From Synergistaceae bacterium (GTDB lineage: Bacteria; Synergistota; Synergistia; Synergistales; Synergistaceae): 64,000 bases of DNA. Where the stretch lies: NCBI GenBank assembly GCA_031273805.1, contig JAISRE010000004.1:2103-66102 (forward strand), read 5' to 3'. A program made the position numbers and the translations under genes. The notes below the pieces were generated by a model. It ran no database searches and was not told the origin of the DNA. It saw only the letters and a list, made by a program, of their open reading frames with translations. Shown piece by piece: positions 56,370 through 64,000 of the stretch (positions within the stretch are counted from its first letter, which is position 1; every line of letters begins with the position of its first letter).

Positions 56370-57365
56370 TTACAACTTCACGGCTCTATTCGCCAGCAGT
56401 GACGCGAGTTCCGTTGCGTAATAAGTTATGACGAGATCGCAGCCCGCGCGCCTCAGAGCAGTGTGATACTCCAGCAGAGTAAGCTCCCTGTCCAGCAGAC
56501 CGGCTTCGGCGGCGGTGCAGAGCATCACGTACTCACCGCTCACCACATATCCCGCTAAGGGCAGCTCCGTCCGCTCCCTCAGACGCGCCGCTATATCGAG
56601 GCATGGCCCTGCCGGTTTGACTATAAGCATATCGGCGCCCTCGCCGATGTCCATCACTGCGTCGCGGATTATCTCCCTGGTGTTGAACGGCGGAAGCTGG
56701 TAGCCCTTTCTGTCGCCGGAACTCGGAGCGCTCCCGGCCGCGTCGCGAAATGGACCGTAAAACGCGGACGCCAGTTTCGCGGCATAGCTCATTATCCCGA
56801 CTCCGGTGAGGTCCGCCGCGTCCAGAGCGGCGCGTATGGCTGAGACCCGCCCGTCCATCATGTCAGACGGCGCCACCATATGCGCTCCGGCATGAGCCTG
56901 GCTTACGGCGGCTCTGGAGAGCAGGGACAGCGTCTCGTCGTTATCCACCACCCCATCCGGTCGCAAATGCCCGCAGTGTCCGTGTGACGTGTACTCGCAC
57001 ATGCACGTGTCCGCTATCAGGAAAATATCGGGATATTTCTCTCTCAGAGAGCCAAGCGCCCTCTGCACCGGCTGTTCCGGGTCAAAAGCGCTTGTGCCGT
57101 CCGCATCCTTATACGACGGCAGCCCAAATAACAAAAACGCCTTCACTCCCAAGGCAACGGCGGGCTCGACCACCTCGGGCAGCCGGTCGACGCTCCAATG
57201 CGAGACACCCGGAAGGGAGCGTATGGGATTTGAGATGTTCTCCCCAGCGCAGACGAAGATCGGCAGAATCAGGTGGCGGGGCTCCAGAGTAACCTCCGTC
57301 AGCATATTTCGTATTGTCTTGTTCTCTCGAACGCGCCTCATACGGACGATTGGGAAATAACTCAT
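56370..57365 (-). CDS. hemB: porphobilinogen synthase (delta-aminolevulinic acid dehydratase)
   Basis: 331 aa, RMRRVRENKTIRNMLTE...DTCMCEYTSHGHCG...MVAPSDMMDGRV...SYAAKLASAFYGPFRDA. Confidence 0.95.
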   Translation of the reverse strand: MSYFPIVRMRRVRENKTIRNMLTEVTLEPRHLILPIFVCAGENISNPIRSLPGVSHWSVDRLPEVVEPAVALGVKAFLLFGLPSYKDADGTSAFDPEQPVQRALGSLREKYPDIFLIADTCMCEYTSHGHCGHLRPDGVVDNDETLSLLSRAAVSQAHAGAHMVAPSDMMDGRVSAIRAALDAADLTGVGIMSYAAKLASAFYGPFRDAAGSAPSSGDRKGYQLPPFNTREIIRDAVMDIGEGADMLIVKPAGPCLDIAARLRERTELPLAGYVVSGEYVMLCTAAEAGLLDRELTLLEYHTALRRAGCDLVITYYATELASLLANRAVKL

Positions 57366-58129
57366 TTGGATGTCTCCTCCTGTTTTTCGGCAGCCCAGAC
57401 TGAGGTCGCACCGCCCGTTACCCTCTCCGGATACCCAGTCATCACTGCGGAATCCTCATCCATCCTGATCTCCTTGAAGGTTACCTTGAAGGGGATGGAG
57501 TCCCATTCTATCAGCGGATTGACGCGGGACAGTATATGATTTGTCAGAGCAGACGGCTGTTTTACGTTCTCGACATATATGGAGACGTCATCGAGATTTA
57601 CCCCGTCAGATTTTAGGGCCAAACGCCCCAAAGCCGCCAGCCTTATGCGGAATGTGATAAGCATGGACGCCGTGAAGATCCCATCAGCGCGAAAACCGTC
57701 AGGCGTAAAGTTAAAAACCAGGTTGGAAAACCCCCTGGTGTCGTTAGAGTCAAAATACGCGTTGACGTCCCGCTCGAGCAGTATCAGCTCTCCCTTAGAG
57801 TAACCGATGAGCGAGGCTAAAAACTTCACGTCCTTGCCCTCAACCTGGTCGGCATTCACCAATAGCGCGTCCAGCTTCATGGTGTCTATGCGAATGCCGC
57901 TCAAAACGACGCCTCGCATCTCGGCATAGGCGCTGCTGCCGTTTACCGTCACCTCCAACGATTCCGGGGAGAATTTCTCACCCAGAAGATTCACCAGGGT
58001 ATCCGCCATCTTCCTGTCCGACGAGTCCGCGATATCCGGCAGACCTGAAATTAAACATACAGCAATTATAAAAACGGTGGCAGTGACCAAAAACATCTCA
58101 CCTATACGTCCCATCGCCTTACGACTCAT
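57362..58129 (-). CDS. membrane-anchored hypothetical protein (possibly DUF2993/LmeA-like)
   Basis: 255 aa with a single N-terminal TM. Its stop overlaps the hemB start by 4 nt. The family guess is weak. Confidence 0.4.
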   Translation of the reverse strand: MSRKAMGRIGEMFLVTATVFIIAVCLISGLPDIADSSDRKMADTLVNLLGEKFSPESLEVTVNGSSAYAEMRGVVLSGIRIDTMKLDALLVNADQVEGKDVKFLASLIGYSKGELILLERDVNAYFDSNDTRGFSNLVFNFTPDGFRADGIFTASMLITFRIRLAALGRLALKSDGVNLDDVSIYVENVKQPSALTNHILSRVNPLIEWDSIPFKVTFKEIRMDEDSAVMTGYPERVTGGATSVWAAEKQEETSK

Positions 58130-58157
58130 GCCTTATCCCTTCCTATTCTCATTTAAG

Positions 58158-58209
58158 GGAACCGCTGACCGCGCTTCTCTGTCGTCCTCCGGCTTGACCG
58201 GAGGACCCA
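58158..58209. repeat. composite of a truncated family-A motif plus a full family-B hairpin
   Basis: GGAACCGCTGACC, then GCGCTT, then CTCTGTCGTCCTCCGGCTTGACCGGAGGACCCA. Confidence 0.65.
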
Positions 58210-58406
58210 TTTTTGTCGTTAGACGCCTACACCCAGATTTTTTCGGTGTTCCCTCAGCGGTGTCCATAATACAGTAAACCCCTTCTTCTTTCAATCATCA
58301 CTGCCCATCAATTGGAACAATATTATTGCGTTAGCGTGGGTTTGACGCTATACTTTTTTGTTGTATCGTTATGACATTATTAATTACAAAATTAGGGGTG
58401 TTTACT

Positions 58407-59051
58407 ATGAAAGACACAAAGAAAACATCGGAGGGCATTCGCGATTTCGCGCTGACGTCGATGTTTGCGGCGCTTATTTTCTTGCTTGCCTTCAATCCCA
58501 TCGGCTTCATCAACCTTGGATTTATGAATGCTACAACGATACACATACCGGTCATAATAGGCTCTATAATGCTTGGGCCGGTAAGGGGCGCCCTGTTGGG
58601 AGCGCTCTTCGGCCTCACGAGCCTGATCAGCGCGCACACACACCCAGGTCTGATGTCGTTTGCGTTCTCCCCATTTGTGCCGGTTCCGGGATCGCCGGAC
58701 GGCGGGGGTAATATACTGGCTCTTCTTGTCTGCTTCGGCCCCCGCATCCTGGTTGGGGTGGTCCCGTACTACGTGGATAAGCTGCTGAACCGCGTTACAG
58801 CGCGCTCTGTGTCGCTCTTCACAGCGGGGATAGCCGGATCGATGACCAACACGCTCCTGGTAATGCACCTGATTTACTTCATCTTTAAAGACGCCTATGC
58901 CACAGCACAATCTGTCTCCGTCACCGCAGTCTACTCCGCAGTAACCGGGATTATCTTCACGCTTGGCGTCCCGGAGGCAATATTCGCCGGCATACTGACT
59001 GCCGCTGTCTGCAAGGCGCTGTTTGCGTACAGGCGCAGCCAGGCGGCGTAA
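58407..59051 (+). CDS. ECF transporter S component (PanT-like)
   Basis: About 214 aa with 5-6 TM segments and TTIHIPVIIGSIMLGPVRGALLGALFGLTSLI. ATG at 58407 follows AGGGGTG. Confidence 0.6.
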   Translation: MKDTKKTSEGIRDFALTSMFAALIFLLAFNPIGFINLGFMNATTIHIPVIIGSIMLGPVRGALLGALFGLTSLISAHTHPGLMSFAFSPFVPVPGSPDGGGNILALLVCFGPRILVGVVPYYVDKLLNRVTARSVSLFTAGIAGSMTNTLLVMHLIYFIFKDAYATAQSVSVTAVYSAVTGIIFTLGVPEAIFAGILTAAVCKALFAYRRSQAA

Positions 59052-59067
59052 GAAACGTTCCCCTGAT

Positions 59068-59784
59068 CTACTTGCTCCGCCTCATCACCCTGCCTGCGAC
59101 GATGGTCATCTCGAAGAGCAGATATAGTGGAACACCGAGCATTATCTGACTCGTTACGTCGGGCGGCGTTAAGACAGCGGCTAAAAAAAATATCAGAAGA
59201 ATGGCGTAACCCCTGAAGGAGGATACTCTTTCGGGGGTCACAACTCCCAACGCAAAGAGCGCCAGCAGAAACAGCGGCATCTGGAGCATCACGCCGGTCC
59301 CGGCCATGAGACAGGCCAGGAGAGACAGATACTCCTTGAAGCTCCACAGAGGTTCCACTCCATCCCCGCTCCTGAACGACAGGAAAAAATCGAGAATTAC
59401 CGGGGAGAAAAACCTGTAGGCGGCGGATGCTCCAGCGATAAAAAGACACGGTATGAGGCCTGCCGCGCAGAGCGTGTACGTGCGCTCGTTTTTCTTGAGG
59501 GCGGGCCATATAAAGAGACAGGCCTGAAGGATAAAAAAAGGAGCCGTCGCCACCACTCCCATTAGCGCCGATATATGAAGGTGCGCCATAAATTTCTCAG
59601 ACGGAGCGAACGTGTAGAGACGAACATCCAGATGAGACACCGGAGAAGTCAAAAATTCCACTATTTGCTCCGAGAACGCGAATGAAACCAGCGTGGACAG
59701 AAAAAAAACGACAAGAATCTTTATAATCCGCCGCCTGAGCTCCTCCAGATGTTCCTCCCACTCATCGATAGCGCCGCCCGCCAT
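59068..59784 (-). CDS. tatC: twin-arginine translocase subunit TatC
   Basis: HLEELRRRIIKILVVFFLSTLVSF... with 6 TM segments. The ATG at 59784 lies 1 nt after the tatA stop; the longer track ORF overlaps tatA. Confidence 0.9.
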   Translation of the reverse strand: MAGGAIDEWEEHLEELRRRIIKILVVFFLSTLVSFAFSEQIVEFLTSPVSHLDVRLYTFAPSEKFMAHLHISALMGVVATAPFFILQACLFIWPALKKNERTYTLCAAGLIPCLFIAGASAAYRFFSPVILDFFLSFRSGDGVEPLWSFKEYLSLLACLMAGTGVMLQMPLFLLALFALGVVTPERVSSFRGYAILLIFFLAAVLTPPDVTSQIMLGVPLYLLFEMTIVAGRVMRRSK

Positions 59785-59785
59785 A

Positions 59786-60019
59786 TCAGCCTTCCGGGTG
59801 ATCGTCTCCGGCATCTTTAGCTTGATTGACCGGGTTCGTTTGATCTGCGGAATTTGCGCGCTCTCCCGAGCCGCCCCTTCTTGAATCCACATTCATCGCG
59901 CTCTTGAACTCGCGTATGGCCTCCCCTGCCGCTCTTCCAACCTCAGGCAATCTTTTGGCGCCGAAGAGCACAAGGGCCAGAACGATTAAAAGCCCTATCT
60001 CACCCATACCCAGATTCAT
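59786..60019 (-). CDS. tatA: twin-arginine translocase subunit TatA/E
   Basis: 77 aa, GEIGLLIVLALVLFGAKRLPEVGRAAGEAIREFKSA. Confidence 0.9.
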   Translation of the reverse strand: MNLGMGEIGLLIVLALVLFGAKRLPEVGRAAGEAIREFKSAMNVDSRRGGSGERANSADQTNPVNQAKDAGDDHPEG

Positions 60020-60036
60020 TGCGATATTCCCCCTCT

Positions 60037-61539
60037 TTAAAATGGAAATGGAAAATCACTGTCCTTCGTCATCGGCCTGACCGACGGCGCCTCTTCATCG
60101 ACGTCCGTCGTCGGCCGTATCCCAGGCGTCAACGTATGAATCGGGACGGAATTCATGACAAACGCCCTCGGCTCTGCGGGACATACGCAGAAACAAGCTC
60201 CGCATCCAATGCAGAACTCCTCCTCGAAGACCGGAATGGTCAGCCCGCTGGCGGAACTTTCGTATGCAACCATGCGAAGCGCCCTCGTGGGACATACCTC
60301 AGCGCAGGCGCCGCAGGCCTGGCGTTTGGTCACAACAACGCAACGCGGCAGAATCAACTCCGAAACAGCGATGCGCGTCCTGCGTTTGTCCTCGGCTGAA
60401 AGAGGTCTTATCGCCCCAGTCGGGCAGGATTTTCCACACTCTGTACAGCTGTATTGGCAGTAGTTCTCCTCATAGACTATCTGAGGACGAATCCCCAAAG
60501 ATTTTATTATACCGACAGGGCAGGAGGAAACACACGCCTGACAGCCAATACACCGCGAATAATAATGAGCTGCGCTCACGGCGCCTGGAGGCAGTATAAC
60601 GCCGTAAATATCATCTGAGGCCGCAGGAGGCGTTTCACTTTCTGCGGCATTGTCCGCCAGTTCACTCAAGTTCCTTCCCCCAAAATAACCAGCGCCTATT
60701 ATAAAGGCTGCGGCATATTTTATAAAATTTCTCCTGCCCGGAATATTCTCGGCAGCCACCGGGAAAACTCCGAAATTTATGAAATCACCCGGGCAGGACG
60801 CCGCACATCCCATGCACAGCACGCACCTGTCTCTGTCTATTTTTTTACGCGCGGCGTCCACGCAGTTCACCGGACACGATTGTTCACACATGCCGCAGGA
60901 GACGCAGCGGCGGTCGTCGAGCTTCATCCCAAAAGGCGCGCAGTTTGCTGCAAAACCCAGTACGGCGCCGACTGGACACCAATCGCAGAACCTTCTGCCT
61001 CGAAATAGCGAGAATACTGCGATTACGACAAACAGCGCCGCTGAGACAAATCCGACGGTGGAGAGATCTCCTCTTGCCATATGCAGGACTGAGGAAATTC
61101 CCCGGCCAAAGTTGGATATCGGATCGGGGATGATAAACAGCATCGGAAGGGAGAGGAGAATGCCCGCTGCGGCCAGAAGCGCTGCAGCACCGCGAATATT
61201 CATCGGCCTTATGTATTTTTTTTGAGCGATCCCAAGACGAACGGACAATCTCCACAAAAATTCCTGCAGAGTTCCCATAGGACAGAGAAACGAACAGAAG
61301 GCTCGACCAACGAGAAACGCGCTTACGAGAAAAACGGCAACCGAGGCGCTTTTGAAACCGAATCCAACCGCTTGGGCAGAAATCTGCCACTTCATGACAG
61401 TGTTCATTACCTCGTTTTCCGCCAGTCCAATCCCTGCGTATGCGTATAAAAATGCAGCAAGGAAGAGCGCGGCGAGAGCAATTCTCAATAAAAATATTAC
61501 TTTGCGGCACTTCCTCCATACGCGTTTTGCATTCGTCAT
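60037..61539 (-). CDS. membrane-bound polyferredoxin (NapH/MauN-like N-terminus plus multiple 4Fe-4S domains)
   Basis: 500 aa. TM helices carry CSFLCPMG and CDWCPVG motifs. At least five CxxCxxCxxxCP-type clusters follow (CVSCGMCEQSCP, CVLCMGCAASCP, CIGCQACVSSCP, CGACAEVCP, CIGCGACFCVCP). Confidence 0.8.
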   Translation of the reverse strand: MTNAKRVWRKCRKVIFLLRIALAALFLAAFLYAYAGIGLAENEVMNTVMKWQISAQAVGFGFKSASVAVFLVSAFLVGRAFCSFLCPMGTLQEFLWRLSVRLGIAQKKYIRPMNIRGAAALLAAAGILLSLPMLFIIPDPISNFGRGISSVLHMARGDLSTVGFVSAALFVVIAVFSLFRGRRFCDWCPVGAVLGFAANCAPFGMKLDDRRCVSCGMCEQSCPVNCVDAARKKIDRDRCVLCMGCAASCPGDFINFGVFPVAAENIPGRRNFIKYAAAFIIGAGYFGGRNLSELADNAAESETPPAASDDIYGVILPPGAVSAAHYYSRCIGCQACVSSCPVGIIKSLGIRPQIVYEENYCQYSCTECGKSCPTGAIRPLSAEDKRRTRIAVSELILPRCVVVTKRQACGACAEVCPTRALRMVAYESSASGLTIPVFEEEFCIGCGACFCVCPAEPRAFVMNSVPIHTLTPGIRPTTDVDEEAPSVRPMTKDSDFPFPF

Positions 61540-61551
61540 TATTTACTTGTT

Positions 61552-62475
61552 TTAACTCAATATCCGTTCTATTTTGAGCTTGGATAGATCCATCTCGCCA
61601 AGTCCGGCAGACGCAGCAAGCCGTATGTGCTCGATCGCCCCCTGTTTGTGCCCCAGCATCATAGATCCCGCCGTGTCGGCAGCTACCACGTCGGGCGATA
61701 TTATGAGAGAGCCCATATCGACTATATCGTCCGGAGAGCCTCCGCGCGGGCCGTGTCTCACTATAACTCTGTTCGCGTCTATTATGTTGAGATCCGGCTT
61801 CTTAGCGAGCAGAAAGTCGGCTATACAGCTCTGAAGACCGTTTGCGTGATAACCCCTTCTGTCCCACACGCACCCCATGAGGCCCTTTGCCGAGATGCTG
61901 ACTCCGGCGCCTCCGTGATGCTTGAGGACTGGAGCGCTGATTAAGACGTCGCTCTCCAACAAAGATTCGTGGATCATGGTCTCCTTCAAAACACGCCCCT
62001 GAAGCGCAATCTTCTGATAGTAACCATTATTCTCCGACGGCGCATACACAGCTCCAGAACTCTTTATCACATCATCGAGGCCGGAATTTTTTTTGCTGTT
62101 CTCCCAGTACTCGATGGAGTGATCCAGGACAACAACCCGCTTAGCGCCGGCGTCAAGACAGTGTTTGACTATGCGGGCCAGGAGCTCAGGCGAGGTGTTG
62201 GCAGCTCCGCCCGGCGAAACATCCCAGGACATGTTCGGCTTTATGACGACCTGCTGTCCCTTCTTCACAAATCTGTCCATTCCCCCTATAGTCTTCATTC
62301 CACGGTCAAACATTGCGCCGAGTTCACCCCCCTTTACCGCCACGAGGTCTGGAAATTCTCCAGCCTCGAGCCCCTTTGAGACTATTCCTCGAAGTCCCTT
62401 TGGAATAAAGAGAACACTGGCGCCTAAGCCTAAACTTATTGATTTTTTCAAAAACTCGCGCCTATCCATATCCAC
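61552..62475 (-). CDS. DUF362 domain protein with twin-arginine signal peptide
   Basis: 307 aa with N-terminus MDMDRREFLKKSISLGLGASV (RR motif plus a hydrophobic region). The body resembles DUF362 (VVIKPNMSW...VVVLDHS...ISAPVLKHHGGAGVS). Confidence 0.65.
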   Translation of the reverse strand: MDMDRREFLKKSISLGLGASVLFIPKGLRGIVSKGLEAGEFPDLVAVKGGELGAMFDRGMKTIGGMDRFVKKGQQVVIKPNMSWDVSPGGAANTSPELLARIVKHCLDAGAKRVVVLDHSIEYWENSKKNSGLDDVIKSSGAVYAPSENNGYYQKIALQGRVLKETMIHESLLESDVLISAPVLKHHGGAGVSISAKGLMGCVWDRRGYHANGLQSCIADFLLAKKPDLNIIDANRVIVRHGPRGGSPDDIVDMGSLIISPDVVAADTAGSMMLGHKQGAIEHIRLAASAGLGEMDLSKLKIERILS

Positions 62476-62934
62476 ATCCCCTCTCTATACATGTAAATAT
62501 ACTTCTTCTAATAAAAATGACTCATATTATTATATAAGTTAGAGATTATTTAACTGTATATATGTACATAATTTTATCAAAACACAATGTCTCCCAGGAT
62601 CTCCCCCTATCTTTTCCACCAAATCTATCCACACATGTGTATAACTTGAGAATCATTTTCCACTTATTTTCCAGCGGGATTCCACGCACCATCAGAAAAC
62701 TCTAAAATTTTTAGTATAATTCGCAGGCGTATAATATAAGAAGTATCAAGGATCTGTATTATCCACAGATATTGCTGAAATTTTTGTGGATATGTGTACA
62801 AACTTAGTGGATAAATTGCGCCATTTGACTCATTTTTTTTAGAACTTACATCACGGTACTTGATGATAAGCTATCATGCTAAAATGTACGAGCGTATTAG
62901 CAATATTATGCAATATTAATGCGCTCGCGCATGG
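62476..62934. other. chromosomal replication origin region (oriC)
   Basis: One perfect DnaA box TTATCCACA at 62759-62767. Near-consensus boxes at 62625-62633 (CTATCCACA), 62656-62664 (TTTTCCACT), 62785-62793 (TGTGGATAT) and 62806-62814 (AGTGGATAA). An AT-rich stretch at about 62510-62585. All lie immediately upstream of dnaA. Confidence 0.75.
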
Positions 62935-64000
62935 ATGAGGTGTATCAATTTGGAAAAAAGAGACTTAGAAACAATCTGGCAGGATGTCCTCTCCAGCGCG
63001 AGGGAGTTTTTACCGCTCGGTGCAAACGAAATGTGGCTTGCCACATGTCTCCCTGTGTCCATCGAGAACGGAAATCTATTGATAGATGCCGCAAATTCCT
63101 TCGCGAAACTCAAGATGGAGACAAAAATCAAGGAACCCTTGGAAAAATTCTTAAGGGAGAAACACTACGCCGCATCGGTGGAGGTGCGTTTTTTAGAGGA
63201 AACTCCTCAGGAGCAGGAGCGCGCGCGTAATGTTGTCAGAACCCAATCAGTCCAGAAAAAAAATGGACTGAACCCAAACTACGTCTTCGACTCATTTGTG
63301 GTGGGCAAGTCGAATCGTCTGGCTCACGCCGCGAGTCTCGCTGTGAGTGAATCTCCGGGAGTGGCATACAATCCTCTATTCATATGGGGCGGAGTCGGAC
63401 TGGGGAAGACACATCTGATGCACGCCATAGCTCATCAGGTCGAGCGCAATATGCTGGACGCGCGCACGCTGTATGTGAGCTCGGAAAAATTTACAAATGA
63501 CCTTATATCCGCCATCAGGGACACAAGCACTCCTGAATTTCGGGCCAGATACAGAAATCTGGACGTGCTTCTGATCGACGATATTCAATTCATATCGGAC
63601 AAGGAGAACACTCAGGAGGAATTTTTCAACACCTTCAACAGTCTATATGAGGCCAATAAACAGATAGTCATAAGCTCCGACCGTCCCCCAAAAGATATCA
63701 AAGGGGTGGAGGAGCGCTTGGTATCCCGTTTCGACTGGGGCCTTGTCACTGACATACAGTCGCCGGATCTCGAGACCAGAGTGGCAATTCTCCAAAAAAA
63801 AGCGGAACTCAAGGGACATAAAATACCGGAAGAGGTAATACTGTACTTGGCTCAGAATATTCCCAGCAACATAAGGGAGCTCGAGGGCGCCTTAAACAGA
63901 GTCGTCCACTACTCCGAAATCAACTCGGAACCGATGGAGCCGGAAAATCTGGGTCTGTGGCTTAAAGACCTCATCCGCAGCAACACGAAGGGTCAGGCCA
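62935..64000 (+). CDS. dnaA: chromosomal replication initiator protein DnaA (3'-truncated by the window end)
   Basis: The open frame is not in the ORF track because no stop lies in the window. It encodes [22 protein letters not shown]...[20 protein letters not shown]...LLIDDIQF...SSDRPPKDI...RFDWGLV. Start is ATG at 62935, or TTG at 62950, which has a GAGGTG RBS. Confidence 0.9.
   Translation, partial: MRCINLEKRDLETIWQDVLSSAREFLPLGANEMWLATCLPVSIENGNLLIDAANSFAKLKMETKIKEPLEKFLREKHYAASVEVRFLEETPQEQERARNVVRTQSVQKKNGLNPNYVFDSFVVGKSNRLAHAASLAVSESPGVAYNPLFIWGGVGLGKTHLMHAIAHQVERNMLDARTLYVSSEKFTNDLISAIRDTSTPEFRARYRNLDVLLIDDIQFISDKENTQEEFFNTFNSLYEANKQIVISSDRPPKDIKGVEERLVSRFDWGLVTDIQSPDLETRVAILQKKAELKGHKIPEEVILYLAQNIPSNIRELEGALNRVVHYSEINSEPMEPENLGLWLKDLIRSNTKGQA

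Noticed and set aside
60884-61519. 211-aa minus-strand ORF in an alternative frame
   Set aside because: It is out of frame within the polyferredoxin gene, whose Cys motifs define the real frame.
62919-63230. 103-aa plus-strand ORF starting [10 protein letters not shown]
   Set aside because: It overlaps the dnaA N-terminal region in another frame. The dnaA frame continues to the window end with Walker A and DnaA signature motifs, and it is missing from the track only because it has no stop in the window.

Overview
64-kb chromosomal segment, GC-rich with strong GGAGG-type ribosome binding sites. It is most likely from a member of Synergistota, because two secreted proteins end in the Gly-Cys / hydrophobic helix / basic-tail signal I recognise as the Synergist-CTERM sorting domain. 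The window ends at the replication origin (DnaA-box cluster plus the 5' part of dnaA). Main contents, in order:
- Chemotaxis receptor, rpsD, RpiR and Crp/Fnr regulators.
- A complete hydrolytic-branch catechol meta-cleavage operon: IclR regulator, HMS hydrolase, XylT-like ferredoxin, catechol 2,3-dioxygenase, hydratase, acetaldehyde dehydrogenase, aldolase.
- A LuxR-type two-component system, then a hybrid histidine kinase with a REC-GGDEF regulator.
- A lower-GC island holding a dcm pseudogene, vsr, a fused double Dam-like methyltransferase, an AlwI-family-like type IIS endonuclease, and an orphan gene embedded in nested repeats.
- Aminotransferase, FIST sensor and a second hybrid kinase.
- An operon of a polar amino-acid ABC transporter, a PLP dehydratase and a surface-sorted tandem VanX-type dipeptidase.
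- DinJ-YoeB toxin-antitoxin pair, a transporter, a second CTERM-sorted protein of unknown function, htpG and malic enzyme.
- A long minus-strand operon with class I fumarase, an HD protein, two paralogous LeuCD-like dehydratase pairs and an IDH-family dehydrogenase. It is headed by an ORF in which a secreted S11 DD-carboxypeptidase runs without a stop codon into the fumarase alpha subunit.
- ftsZ, a PIN-like pair, hemB, an ECF S component, tatAC with a Tat-signal DUF362 protein and a membrane polyferredoxin.

Two short dispersed repeat families (a MITE-like family that abuts stop codons, and a 33-nt hairpin) pepper the intergenic regions. No rRNA, tRNA or CRISPR array was recognised. All calls rest on reading the translated ORFs and the DNA by eye; no database search was run.
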